In this document: positions 35,358 through 60,569 of the stretch, one piece after another | Numbering within the stretch: position 1 is the stretch's first letter | Layout of the letters: each line of letters opens with the position of its first letter | NCBI GenBank assembly: GCA_030704615.1 | Contig: CM060731.1 | Coordinates: forward strand, 52,142,001-52,206,000 | DNA length: 64,000 nucleotides | Source of the DNA: Takakia lepidozioides | Taxonomy: Eukaryota > Plantae > Bryophyta | Direction of reading: 5' to 3' | The notes under the pieces: generated by a model | The model's input: only the letters and a program-made list of their open reading frames with translations | Told to the model about the DNA's origin: nothing | Databases searched by the model: none | Position numbers and translations under genes: made by a program

Positions 35358-38145
35358 AGTTTGTTGCCACGCTAAAAGCTCCTTGCTTTCACCACTTGGG
35401 GCCCCCTCCTCTTGCCATTTTAGTTGTGATGATGACCCCTTGTAGCATGAGGGCTGTACACCCCTTATGGCCCTTATGGTCTCGCATCGTCTGTAAGTTC
35501 AGGAGATGGAGATGGGAATGGATATGGAAAGTATATTCCATGGAGGACACAATCAGAGGATGGAGAGTATATGAGCTCGACACCACATTCAGTTGCTATC
35601 TCTGCACTTCTACCATGCAGACTTGTCAATTTCACGCAGATCAGTTCTCTGTTTTCGAGCCTTTTGAATACTTCAGGAAGAAGAGAGGAATGGGTTCTTT
35701 GGATGGGACTCCTAGGGGTTGTAGATTATATCAGCCACATGGCTGTAGGTCAGGCTTTTCCTCTGACAAATAATTGTTAGGAGGAAGGCTTTGTGGATGG
35801 TCACCCTGTGCCCAATGGGAACAGAGCATGGCGGTGAGGGAGAGCTAGAGGTGATGTAGTTTTTGATTCTTGTGGATCCTTTTGGACCCGTATGCCCTAT
35901 CCCTGCAAGTGAGGAGGGTCATGCTCTGATTAACAGCCCATGTTTGGATTGGGGATGGTGCTTCTGTGCACTTTGTTGTAGCATTCAAGCAGAGAAACAT
36001 TCTCCAAAGTAGAACTCGATTCAGTAGGTGGGGGAGAATTTTGGAGCAAGGGTTTGAGACGACATTCTGGCAAATCGTGGGTCTGGGATGTACGGCCAAA
36101 GTATGAGGAGCCATTGTCCCATGAGAGGTATAGCATACAGATCCTAATTACTTACAAGATGCATGGATTCTTGCAGCAAGTAGTTTATCACTTGCTGTTG
36201 TACGTTTTCCAAGTAAAGAGCATCCTTAATCAGCATTTCCAATTTTGAGATTCTCTTGTATGGTGTGTGCTGCAGGTCTTCAGCTCTTTAGGCATCGTTG
36301 ATCGAGGGACTTAATTTGAATTAATATCTTTCAACAGAGTTGTTTGGACTGGGCACTATTACCATACCGAATATCGTGCTAGGTTCCAGGATTGTCTGCC
36401 GTAACTGGGGGCTTGAGTATATAAGGGAAGAATTGGGCAGAAGATGTGTAGTGGCTGTGGAAAAGATCCCACCCCCTCACCAGAAGGGTGTGTACTCAGA
36501 GAATCTAGGAGAAAACCCAGAGTCTTTGGTGACTTGCAGTTATCATTCTTGTGTTTGTGCTCCTTAACATTTATGCACAAGCCATTTTTCCACTGATAAA
36601 AAGTGTCAGATAAGGCACACAGCATCACTGGTGAAAGTGTACAAGCCTCGGCGCTTTTGAGTTTCTTGCACAGCTCCTGGCAAGTGTGACTGTTCCCCCA
36701 CCTCTTGGCAGTTTGGAACAGCCTGCAGAACTTGAAACTCGTGATGGAAACACTGGTATGTGTTTGAGTGAAACAGACAACAGGCAAGCTGAAACTGTCA
36801 TTAGCCACACCAAACCTTGCCCTGAAATTGTTTTGTACTTAGCGAAGGTCCCACATAATACAACAGCCCTTTAAACTCAGGTTTGCTTACTAGTAATAGA
36901 GAACAAGAAAGGAGCTGTTTGTTCCAGTCTTATGGAATCAAGTGCATGTTCTCCTGAAGAGCAAACCATAGGCCTACAGCTGCCATGCCAGAGTAGAGTT
37001 TCTATGCAAGAGCGTCCCCAAGAAACTTCCTGTCGCTCTGATCATCGTGCTTACGTCTTGCGTTGGGTGATTGTGACGATCGAAGGTTACGCGAACCGAT
37101 GGACGACTGGCTGTACAAGTAGACACTAGACACCAAAATATCCATTTTTGTCCGATTGGATTGGGGAGCTGGGCCCATCTGCTAGATTGAGTTGATCACT
37201 GTTGCTATGCCCTCTGTGTCATCTTGTGACAAAACAGCTGAGCCCGTTTGGAAAGGTGTCGGCAGACAAGATATGTGTCTGTGTGTGTGGCTTCTGGTAA
37301 GATACATCGCGTTTCTCTTTTGGGGTTCACTTCACACAAGTTGTTACATTTCCACCTGCAGCCGAAGCTTTGCCAATAAGATCTCGACCATTTCTCTGTC
37401 GGTGTGACCCTTGCTGATCACACTTCGCACTTAGGCGAAATTTAGGCTTGTGAATTTCGGACGTAGTCAGAAATGCCAGGCTTTCACGTTGTTCGTCGGG
37501 AGAATTTCGCGAGTTGTGGAGAACAAGAGGGAACAGAATTAGCTTTGTGAGGGGGGCTCACTCCAGTAGTGGGACTTGCCTTGATATAAACAAGTAGTTC
37601 AGATTTCCTCTAGAAATCCCTTCACACACGCATCAATCTGCTGCGTGTGAGCAGCCCAGAAAATAGAACCCAACAGGGCCCGGGCTGTACTCTCAGCCTC
37701 GAGATTGTCGAAGTTAGTGAACAGTTGTGCAGGTCCTGAAGAGAGTCGCTCTCTGCTGAGAATACGTATCAGAAAATCGGGCACATCGGGTTTTTTTTTT
37801 CCTTTGGAAGGCTTGTGGTGATTTTGACAACTTCTTTTCGTGCAGTAAAGAAAGCAAATTAATTGTTTTCGGAGGAACCCGGGATCGTTTTCCGTACTAT
37901 TTGTATGGGCAGCTGACAGAATTCCATGGCTCATCTGTTCATCCGTGCGAATGAATGAGAATATTATCTTATTTCGTTCGTCGTGCGGGAAAAATGGCGG
38001 GAAACGCCATCTCTCTGGTGTTTCTTCTCGCAGTGTGTTTGTGCATGCGAAGAAGGAAGCGAGGAAGGAGCGAGGGATGGAGGGTTGATGTGTTTGTGGT
38101 GTGTAAGAGCTGGGAATCAAGCTTTAGTGTGGTTTCTGCAACGGT

Positions 38146-50280
<12,135 letters not shown>

Positions 50281-51538
50281 GACTTGTCTGTCTCTCTTTC
50301 TCTTATAAATTCCCTTTCTTTGGATCTCATGTGTAGGGTGTGGGGTGTTAAAAATGTGTAGAGGCTCCAACTGCTGGCTTCTGCAGTTTATTGTGCCAAG
50401 AGTTACCATAGCAATTTCTACAGCTGTGCCTGTAAATTATTAATCATTTAGAAATTTGAACCTTACAAATACATTCCTGACTACCACATTCATCTACCCC
50501 CAGAAAATCAGGAAGATCCACCATTGGAATGGGTAGAGTATAACAAAATGCTATTGTGAATTTTTGAAGCCCACTCAAAAATTGCATGGCAAAAATGGTT
50601 TGTGTCCATTTGAAATTTCTGATGTAGATGCCCTCCATAATGTGATTATATGGTACTCAAGGGTCTCTCTGGAAGACTGATATCTCTACCCAGGGGATAT
50701 TCCCTTTTCCTCTGTATGCTTGGGCGCTAAAGCGGGGAAATAGCCAGTAAAGCACACCAAGCTAGATGGGGAGGATCACTCGCTAGAGGAGACTCACAGG
50801 TGGGCCAATCAAATTACATGCAAGGTATCAAGTGTAAATCATCCAAATGCCAGGCACATTCAAGTACGGTTTTGAGCACCCAAAACATCTTGCGTTTGGC
50901 ATAAGCCATCCGCTTTTTATATTAAGAGAAGGGCTAATTTGGAATGGCAAATGGTGGCCTCCTATTGGCTGCCAGGATTTCTTTAAGTTTCTTCCACACA
51001 TCAGTAGTCACCCTGTGTGATTAGGTTACTGTTGGAATGAGACAAGGGCCTTGGCTAATTTTAGGTACATTTAATCAGCCATACCAACCACCCTACTTTT
51101 CATCCAGCTTACGAACAGAAGAGCATCTGCAATAGGTGGAATACTCCATCTTACATATGTAAGACTCGCCCACGCCAATAGGAGCGAGCTCCAGCGAGCT
51201 TCGGTAATTGTACCAAAGCAAGGCCTACCGAGCCAAATACAATTTCAAAGGAAAGACTAGGCATCCGATAGGAGAGGGATGAAAAAACCTTTGGTAGGAA
51301 AACCTTACCCTGCAAAATGGGTGAAGGATAAAACCCCCAAGAGGAAAAACCCCAATCCATACAATTGATGCAAGCTCATAAGAGCAGTCTCTAGCTCTAA
51401 TCTCTCTCACAATCAGATGTCTATAAAAATGCTAAAGCTAGCTGGTGAAGTCAAGCCAAGCCAATAAATCTGATGCAGCTCCACCACTGCACATAGCCAA
51501 GGTTTAAAAAGCAGAAAGCATGGATTCATGATCTGCAC

Positions 51539-52223
51539 TCATGCAGCACGGCCAGGGGTTAGAACAACACGACGGCCTTCTACGTTAATACAAGTGAGAT
51601 CAAAAACTAGTTTGCAATGCACAAGAGAATCAAGGTGTACAGTGTGGGAAAGAGGAGGAACAGAGGGATGTTGAGGGAGCAGCCAATACTGTCTCCCCCG
51701 CAAGACCTCCGTAATAAGATATGGGCCCTCGATACGTTTGGTAGCCTTGGAAATGATCTTCCCTTGCTGAAGCCGTACACACACAGATTGTCCCTGCAGA
51801 AATTCCTCTGAATAGCACACACGCCGGTTATAATTGTGAGCCTGAATCACTTGAGCTTTAGCTATGTTGGTTTTAGCATAAGAGATTAATTTTTGCCTCT
51901 TAGCACTCATCTCAACCAAGAATGCATCCCAATCAACAGGTTCAGTACTGACATGAATCAGCGGAGTGTCATGCAAAGGGCTGCGAGCAAGTCTGCCATA
52001 TACGAGCTCAAAGGGAGTATACCCGGTACTTGCGTGAACTGAAGTCCTATGAGCAAAAATCAATACTAAAAGAGTCACATCTCAATCACCCAACAGAGAA
52101 CCATTCTTTTCCATCATGGAACACATGGTCTTGTTGAACCGCTCAGTCAGACCGTTGCACTGGGGATGATAAGGCGCCGTGGTGCGATGTTTTACCCCTA
52201 GATTGAAGCATATCACTTGCACA
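51539..52223 (-). mobile_element. Gypsy-type integrase C-terminal fragment (degenerate)
   Basis: GVKHRTTAPYHPQCNGLTERFNKT...HRTSVHASTGYTPFELVYGR...IEGPYLI. Truncated at about 52223 by the adjacent element end. Confidence 0.85.
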
Positions 52224-52380
52224 GGGATGCCTCGGCGTGAGCCTGGTCACGTGAGCGCATGAGCGCAACTGCGCTCACGCCACGTCACCTTGCGCAAATG
52301 CCACGTCACCTTGCGCAAATGCCACGTCACGGGGCTCACTCCACGTCATCACACATGAAGGCCGGGTCACCACGCGCCCA
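52224..52380. mobile_element. Probable terminal (TIR) region of a second MTase-carrying element
   Basis: Abrupt junction with the integrase. Starts GGGATG and contains TGAGCGCATGAGC, shared with the TIR at 2671, plus a tandem GCCACGTCACCTTGCGCAAAT repeat. It lies downstream of MTase copy 2, as the left TIR does for copy 1. The partner end is not seen. Confidence 0.55.
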
Positions 52381-52689
52381 GAAAGAAGTGGAGTGTATTC
52401 CCGCGGATTGGCACCCTTTACCGCGGAAACAAGCTGGACGTCATAATAAAAGGCATTGAATAAAGGATGGATGAATGTACAGTTGGATGATAAACAGATG
52501 GATGAGGGATGGATAAGAGTAAAATGGATGAATGTATAATGGATGTTGAGCAATGACAAAAATTCATGACAGGAAGATGCATGACCAAAACTTTTGACGA
52601 ATGCACAACGTAGAATTATATTTATCAGGAAAGTTCCATATTCGATGTGCCTGAAATGTTTGCGACAAAGCAGCAAGTGAGAATGCCCT

Positions 52690-54686
52690 TCAGGCCCTGG
52701 CGGGAGCCATGCCCACAGCAGCTGCAACAGAAGCAGGATCAGCTTGTGATTGTACGAGGGAGAGTGCAGACCAAGGCTTCTGTCCACTCTGAAGACAGTA
52801 AATATGACGCAGAGGCGCTTTTGGCTCAAAACGTTGAAGAAAAAACCGTATATCTGGAGAGGACCCAAACGTCATTTGAAGGTTGAACATAGGCTCTACT
52901 GATAGGCCGTCATGTCAATGGGAGAATGATGCTGGATGTATACGGAAGGAACCTCACTTGGGAGTGGAAGGTTTGTGGGGTGGATTAAAGAGTACAGAGG
53001 ATGAATGTACAATGGATGTTGAACAAAGGAAAAAATTCATGAATGAAGTACGCATGAATACACTGTAGATGAATGCACAATGGATATGAGAAGAGTCAGG
53101 GAGGTTTGTGAGATGGATTCATACATATTGCAATTTAAATGAAAGTTGATTCTGTGATTATTATTTGTTCTAAAGGAACAACTACGGTGGAGGAAGGGGA
53201 TTCAACGTTTTCCAGATAGTATGAAAATGAATATTAAAAGAATACAGTTCAGTCTGACTCAGAGTCAGTACAATGTATCCCCGCTTCCTCTGCATCTACG
53301 TCTAAGTATTTTAGAACACCGGATCCACGCTGGACACACCTACGGCTGGCCACTAAAAAGTCAAGGGATAGGGACTCGGCCGCGTGAAGTGCCATTGCTT
53401 CGGCATAAACAGGAAGCAGAAAATTGGAAAAGGGGCTGTCGCAAACAGACTCGCCAGAAATGACTGTATCTCCTGAAGATCCACCGCTGTCTTTCCTGAA
53501 AGACAGCCTGAAAAAGTTATTACTGTAACTTTGATGTTATTGAGAAATTGAGTATGGCTCCCAAAGAGGGTTTAGCACTTACTCACATGAAAAGTCGTTG
53601 TCGACCTGCTTATCTTCGGGATCGTCATCATTTCGAATTTGAATCCGATCAGTCTGTGTGCCTGAAGTGGAGCCAGACAAAAGGGGGAGGAGCACTGTGT
53701 TGTAGAGGTCAAAATCACCCTCCATGCCAAAAAGGCTTCTTCCGCTTGCCTTGCATGCATGGTAAGTTGCTCATGCACCAGACAGGAGGACATGAACAGT
53801 TTGGTGGGGGGGATTTAAGCAGATGAAACTGTTGAAAGAAAACCAATTCGGAAGGGAAAGAACGAACCTATGGACACAGAAAGATCGACCACCCGTGCAG
53901 AGCGGTGGCTGCATGACTCCAGCAGTATTTGCATGAACGCTGGGGACTTTTCCTTTGCACCTCTCCAGGGAGTGCCATCTGGTCTCTTCAGAGTCTGACT
54001 GGACTGCATGAAGTTGTACAAAATGTCATCGACATGGGGCTCATAGGGGGGGTTGACGAAACAACCCTGGTCAGAAATCTCAAAGCTGCGGATGGAGGAT
54101 GGTGTCTTTGAGGTGCGAATCCACCGCAGGCAGATCGCCTCGAACATCCTCGTCTGCCAAAGATAGCAGGTTAGTGTGGTAAACACAATCTATAGTGGAA
54201 GTGTGTACATCGGCTATTCAGAACTCAGACACAAAAAAATCATGAATCGGTGATGATCGGTGTCGATCATTATAGATTCTACTAGAGTGGAGCTGCAGAG
54301 AACATTGAAACTCATCATGAAAGCACAAGCAGAAGGGAGACGGCATACCAGCTGACCAGGGAAACCCCCTTTCACAAGGTAGAGGCTGTTCACACAATTC
54401 CATGTGCGCAAAACTAAAACCCTGAAGACTTAAGGTATGATGCCAATGCCCGACGACTATCATTGTCACATGACTAAAAAAGCAGAAGTGTCCCTGCATC
54501 AGAGAGGAAGTTGTTACAGAACCCAAACACCCAACTCCAGTAGTTGTCCTCGAATTTGTTCCAGCCTGGCGTCTTGCCCTTTGGAAGAACTTCTGGCACA
54601 GTCTGGCCATCCGGGATGTCGAGAATGACAATGTCGGCCGCATAAGTTTTCTGCACACCGCACACGAAGGTGGGACCTGTGCTCAC
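52690..54686 (-). pseudogene. Amino-DNA methyltransferase-like gene, copy 2 (complete MTase motif set; N-terminal exons lost)
   Basis: Exon from 54686: ADIVILDIPDG (motif IV position)...WNKF...FLSDAGTLLLF. Exon about 54151-53868: PWRGAKEKSPAFMQILLESCSHRSARVVDLSVSIG. Next exon: ATYHACKASGRSLFGMEGDFDLY. Later exon: SPFSNFLLPVYA. Contains a stop, a frameshift and a mutated acceptor. Confidence 0.75.
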
Positions 54687-54779
54687 CTGCAACAGACATG
54701 TTTTTTTATAAGAACAATGGCAAGAATGTTTTCAAAGAACGAGACTGAAATACTGCCAACGAAACTTTCAGAGAAAAAT

Positions 54780-57700
54780 CTGCGAGATCGATGGAGTGGA
54801 TCTCATTTTGGGGATGACCTTTTTGAGCAAATCCGGAGCGGTCATAGATGGCCGCAAGAGAGTAGTCACACTGCCATGTGGGAATGGTGGCGAGGTTTTA
54901 CGAATGTCAGAAACGCCCAAATCCGTGGGAGGGCGAATAAACCTTCTGTCAGCAAGGGAGTGGGCCGTGGAGGAGACACACGAACCCCAGTTTTTGCTTT
55001 ACATTAGAGAAGTGAAGGGAGAAGGCGATGGGGAGCCGAGCCCAGATTGGATCAAGGGGATTTTGGAGAAATACCAGGATGTGATGCCGGAGGATTTACC
55101 AAGCGGCTTGCCACCGCGAAGAGGAGTTGACCACAAGATTGAGGTGATACCAGGATCAGAACCGCATGCCAAGGCGCCCTACCGGTTGAGCCACAGAGAG
55201 TTGGTCGAGCTGAAGACTCAGCTCAAGGATCTAATGTCAAAGGGGTACATCCGGCCGAGTAAGTCACCTTACGGAGCCCCGGTGCTATTTGCAGACAAGA
55301 AGGATGGGACGCTGCGGATGTGTGTCGATTACAGGGCTCTGAATAAGGTGACTATCAAAAACCGGTACCCTTTGCCAAGGATCGACGACCTCGGTTGGCA
55401 GGAGCGAAGTATTTCAGCCGGATCGACTTGCGCTCCGGCTATCACCAAATTCGGGTGGCGGAAGGAGATGAGGAGAAGACCGCGTGCAGGACAAGGTATG
55501 GTTCATATGAGTTCTTGGTGATGCCTTTTGGGCTCACCAATGCACCAGCGACATTTAGCACGCTGATGAACAGTCTTTTTCAGGAGTGGTTGGATGACTT
55601 TGTGATCGTGTACATCGACGACATCTTGGTGTACTCGAAAACAAAGGAGGAGCACCTGGAGCACCTCAAAAGGGTGTTCCAAAAATTGCGAGAAGGGAAG
55701 CTGTATGCCAAAGCTTCAAAGTGCGAATTCGGGGTCACGAAAGTGGAGTTCTTGGGGCATGTGATTACACAGGATGGGATCAAAATGGATGACAAAAAGG
55801 TGAGGGCGATCTTGGACTGGGAGCCTCCGACTTCGGTCCCGGGAGTGCGATCCTTCCTAGGACTCGCCTCCTATTACCGGAAGTATGTGAGAAATTTCGC
55901 CAAGATTGCGGGACCGCTGTCAGACCTTCTGTGTAAATCTAAAGTCTGGGCATGGAACACCTTTTGTGGCCAAGCTTTTGCTGAATTGAAGCAGCGGATG
56001 GCGGAAGCTCCAGTCTCGAAAATCCCGGAGTTCGATCGTCCATTTGAGATTCATACAGATGCGTCGGACTTCGCGATTGGGGGAGTACTTATGCAAGATG
56101 GACGTCCAGTGGCTTACAAAAGTAAGAAACTGAATGAAGTGGAGCGACGGTGGCCAACGCACGAAAAAGTGATGAAGGCGGTGGTGCATTGCCTTGAGCT
56201 TTGGCGCCACTATGTTGGTTCCAACCCAGTGAAGGTGTTCACGGACAATGTCACAGTGAAGTATTTTGCCACGCAGCCCAAGTTGTCCCCAAAACAACTT
56301 AGGTGGCAAGATACTTTGGCGGTGTTCGACGTGGATATCCAGTACAAACCGGGACGGGACAATGTGGTGGCCGATGCTTTAAGTAGAAAGCAGCAGCTCT
56401 TGTTGGTGTACAAGGGCGACGGCGCTCCAAAAGAAGATCCGGAAGGCTTGCCGGAAGGATGAGCTGGCGAAGTCCGTGTTGCAAGACTTGAGGATGGGGG
56501 TTAAATCGCAGTTCCACTTGCAAAATGGACTGCTCCGGTATAAGCAAAAGCGTCTCTACGTGCCGAAGGGAGGGATCAGGGATAGTCTCTTGAGAGAATG
56601 CCATGATAGCCCGCTTGCGGGCCACGGCGGAGCCAAGCGCACTGCGGCACTCTTGAAGAAAGAGTATTTCTGGCCCAAACTGAGGGAGGAGGCAAAGGAG
56701 TATGTCAAGACATGCACCACATGCCAACAAAACCGGAGCGAGTACAAAAAGCAAGCGGGGCTGTTACAACCCTTGCCGATTCCAGAGGGGACTTGGGAAA
56801 GCGTCTCGATGGATTTCATGACTGCTATGCCGCTGTCAAAAAGATTCGATGCAATCATGGTGGTGGTAGATAGGTTCAGTAAAATGGGCCATTTCATCCC
56901 CACCAAGGAGACGACAACGGCGCAGGAGACAGGGCGACTTTACTTCGCCCACGTCTTAAAGCATCATGGAGTCCCGAAGGATATTGTCTCGGACCGCGAT
57001 CCAAAGTTTACGAGTAAATTCTGGAGAGCACTTTGGAAGAAGATGAGGACAAGGCTGAAGATGAGCACCGCCTTCCGACCTACGACGGACGGCCAAACGG
57101 AAAGAGTGAATTCCGTAGTGAAGCAATTCTTGTGGAATTACGTGTCGGCAGACCAATCAGACTGGATGGAACACTTAGACGCGGCAGAGTTCTGTTATAA
57201 TAACACAGAACACTCCGCAACGGGAGTTTCCCCTTTTGTATTGGTCTATGGAAAAGCACCGCTGGTGCCGACAAGTTGGGCCGCCCAAGGACGTTGAGGA
57301 ACCGGCAGTAGCGGCGGTACTGGAAGAACGCGAGCGTTTGTTGAAGCTCGCAAAGTACAATATTGCCAAAGCTAGGAAACGGTATGAAAGGCAGGCGAAT
57401 CGGAAGCAGAGGGAAGTGAAGTTTGAGGCAGGCACAGAGGTCTGGTTGAACATCAAGAATTTCCGACTACCTCCGGAAGTGAGTCCGAAGTTCGTACCTC
57501 CGTATGCGGGACCCTTTCGCATTCGGAAGGTTATGAATGAGGATGTGTATGAATTGGAGCTGCCGGCAAACAGCAAGGTGCACCCAGTATTCCATGTCTC
57601 CCTTTTGAAGCCTTACTTCAAAGATGAAGTGCGTCCGAATCGGCATCAAGTGTTGCGTCCGCCACCTATGCTGTTGGATCATGAAAATGAACCTGAGTAC

Positions 57701-57877
57701 GAGGTGGAGGCAATACTTAAGTCGAGGAGGTTCAGGAACCGAGAAACGGAGTATCTCGTCAAATGGAAGGGCTATCATCATGTGGAGGCATCTTGGGTGC
57801 GTGCCTCAGAAATGGGAAACGCATCTGAGGCGGTTGCAGCTTTCAAAGGACGACCTCAAAAGCGGAAGAAGCGTTGA
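54780..57877 (+). mobile_element. Ty3/Gypsy chromovirus pol (5'-truncated, frameshifted): partial protease, RT, RNase H, integrase, chromodomain
   Basis: DLILGMTFL; [24 protein letters not shown]; TDAS; H2C2 finger (ECHD..GH..CTTC); integrase D,D-E (SMDF, VSDRD, GQTERVN); GPF motif; chromodomain EYEVEAIL...EYLVKWKGY. Frameshifts at about 55390, 56415 and 57290. Confidence 0.95.
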
Positions 57878-57911
57878 TGGGGACATCAACCTTGGAGCGT
57901 GGGGGAGGAAA

Positions 57912-59456
57912 TGCATGCTTAGCCCGGTTTAGCTAGCTCAGGAATCCGATTGCAAAAACTTGTATTGTACAAAAATTTGTTATAAAGGAAATGGGTTCCA
58001 AATATTGTGCGTCCTATTGTGTTTGGAATGGTGATGCATGGTGTGGTTGGCCAGTGTGTAGAATGCATGCTAGCTTACAAAAGTGGGAGAGGTAAATTGG
58101 GTTAATCGTGTGTTTGCGCAGTGCCGAAATCGGGTGACTCCCATCCAAGGGGCAAGGAAACTTGCGCCTTATTTGGGAGTTCACGTGCTAGTGCGCACCT
58201 GGCGCGTGCGCGTACTATAACTGCACTACCGAGGGGGTTGCCTTGTAGTGCGGGCTAACGCGGAAGCTACGTGCTTCCGTTCACGTACTATAATCGTGTA
58301 GCCTCGGGACGAAGTCGTAGTGCGGCTTCGGCATGTTCCCGTACCTCAGGCCAGCATTCCAAGGCGGACCCAATTGTAGTGATTGGGACGCACGGTTGGT
58401 TCAAGGTTATCTTCCTAGTCAAAGAGGGTTCCAGGTGAACCCTTGCTCAAGGTGATGCCAAAAGCAGCATCATGAGCGATCGCAAGCAATGTTGTTGCAG
58501 TAAGGCGATTCGATCCTCGGGGAGGATCGTTCCTTGGCCTTGAAGTAGGCCAAGAAGAGTGCACTGGGAGGAGCTGGAGAGGCTCCACCCTTGGCCGGGA
58601 CTTGGAGGAAGTCGGCCGAACTAGCTAGTGGAGAGTAGAGTCAAGTGTGGGGTTTGGTTCTTTGCCATGGGACGCCATGGTGCGGAAACAAACTCCTTGA
58701 TGTGGGACGCCACAACTTGGATGTTCGTTTCTACAAAATGGACAAGTCGATGAGGACATCGACTCCCTGTTGGTAGGGGTGTGTGTCGCGGCCCTTTGCC
58801 TTGAGGGCGGGGGGTCGGGACACATGAGGGGCTGCCCCTGTGGTGGGGGCAGCGGCAGCGATAGGTATGGGGGGCTGAAGCACCCTTGAGTGTCCAAGGC
58901 ACTCAAGGAGGCGGAGGCGCTCACTAGGTGGAGCCCTGCACACCGGGTTGCGGTGGGGGTGGCTCCACAAGGGGTGGTGGTAGCTTAGCGGGTCTTAGTG
59001 GGGGTGGCATGGGACTCACCATAGGGTGGAGACCTCGTGGTGGGAGTCGTGGGGAGTCTTGGGACTCATCACGGCCCAATGGGGTCGTGGTGAGAGGTCC
59101 AAGACTCACCGCGACTCACCACCGGGAGTCGAGGGTCTTCGTGGTGGTTCGCCATAAAATGGCATGGCTGGTTGTGAAACCCCCGCGGACAGCTACAGAA
59201 GTATATATAGGGAGTAGTAACCCCGAGAACGGTGCAAGCTCGTTGGTGACCAAAAACTAGTGAGTAAGCAAGCGAGCCGGAAAGCGACCAAAGAGTGGGG
59301 AGCTGTTCCGGACTGCCATCTACCAAAGGGAATTCCACTAGGCCCAAATAGGTGGAGGGTCTTTCGGGAGAGCAAAGGGGGACCGTTATGTCCCGGTGAG
59401 CAGCCAAAGCTCCGAGTTGGCCCGGCGGCCAGGTTGGGAGTCAGGCGCGCGCATCA
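57912..59456 (+). repeat. 3' LTR of the chromovirus (about 1.5 kb)
   Basis: Polypurine tract GGGGGAGGAA at 57901-57910. Termini TGCATGC...GCATCA. TATA-like GTATATATAG at 59201-59210. Confidence 0.75.
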
Positions 59457-59893
59457 AAGTGAGTAACTATGACTTGAAGGGGAGCTTACCGAAGTGAGGT
59501 GCGTGACACGTTCAGCCATTGCAAGTTCCGAGTTGTGGAGGGCAGTATTTGGCTCGAAGGCGAATACATGCCTGTCGGACAACGTCCCTGCCCACATTGA
59601 AGCACCTGAGGAACAATGCGGGCGGTTAATAGCTTGCGGCATGCAATTGCAATCGGGCCAGGGGACAAACTGAGCACGTGAAGGCTTACCCGTGCCGCAT
59701 GTGAGGTCCAGAATCCGCCCTTGGACATCCGAGCACGTCTCCATGAGGGTTTGGATGAAAGCAGGGCTCCGGGTCCGGCTGTACCGCCACGGTTTGCCTG
59801 TCTTTGTGTCCTTCGGCATACTGGAGTGGGGCACATAGTTGTAGAGGACATCGTAGGTAACAGGGTCCACAGCGGCATCAACAAGACGACCGT

Positions 59894-60411
59894 CCCCACT
59901 CTTTGGTCGCTTTCCGGCTCGCTCGCTTACTCACTAGTTTTTGGTCACCAACGGGCTTGCACCGTTCTCGGGGTTACTACTCCCTATATATACTTCTATA
60001 GCTGTCCGCGGGAGATTTACAACCAGCCATGCCATTTTATGGCGAACCACCACGAAAACCCTCGACTCCCGGTGATGAGTCGCGGTGAGTCTTGGCCCAC
60101 TCACCACGGCCCCTATGGACCGTGATGAGTCCCAAGACTCCCCACGACTCCCACCACGAGGTCTCCGCCCCCATGGTGAGTCCTATGCCACCCCCACTAA
60201 GTCCCGTTAAGCTACCACCACCCCTTGTGGAGCCACCCCCACCGCAACCCGGTGTGCGGGGCTCCACCTAGTGAGCGCCTCCGCCTCCTTGAGTGCCTTG
60301 GGCACTCAAGGGTGCTTCAGCCCCCCATACCTATCCCTGCCGCTGCCCCCACCACAGGGGCAGCCCCTCATGTGTCCTGACCCCCTGCCCTCAAGGCAAA
60401 GGGCCGCGACA
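59894..60411 (-). repeat. Inverted partial copy of the LTR (matches about 58785-59300)
   Basis: Reverse-complement match. The same pseudo-ORFs appear on opposite strands (MSASASLSAL.., MEP(C/R)TPGCGGGG..). Confidence 0.9.
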
Positions 60412-60569
60412 GGCGTTGACGACATTCAGATCTGGAGCATTCGTGTGGTCCTGAAAGGTCCTTGGAGCAGTTCTCAGAGCCATTTCAATCTATTTTTTTC
60501 ATTCTGTTATATACTTGCATCTTACTCACTGAGCGCTTTTGTGGGTTGGGATTTAACTTTTTTTTTCAG

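Noticed and set aside
35396-37450. Additional gene between ALA3 and MCM4
   Set aside because: The short ORFs have no recognisable motifs or consistent splice structure, so this is probably 3' UTR and intergenic DNA.
52690-54686. Bacterial contamination or a restriction-modification system
   Set aside because: The MTase genes have GT-AG spliceosomal introns at conserved positions and are interleaved with plant retrotransposons. No endonuclease partner is seen.
54780-59456. Intact autonomous Gypsy element
   Set aside because: There is no gag, 5' LTR or primer-binding site, and pol has three frameshifts.
58621-59466. Gly/Pro-rich ORFs
   Set aside because: They lie inside the GC-rich LTR and are duplicated in its inverted copy.
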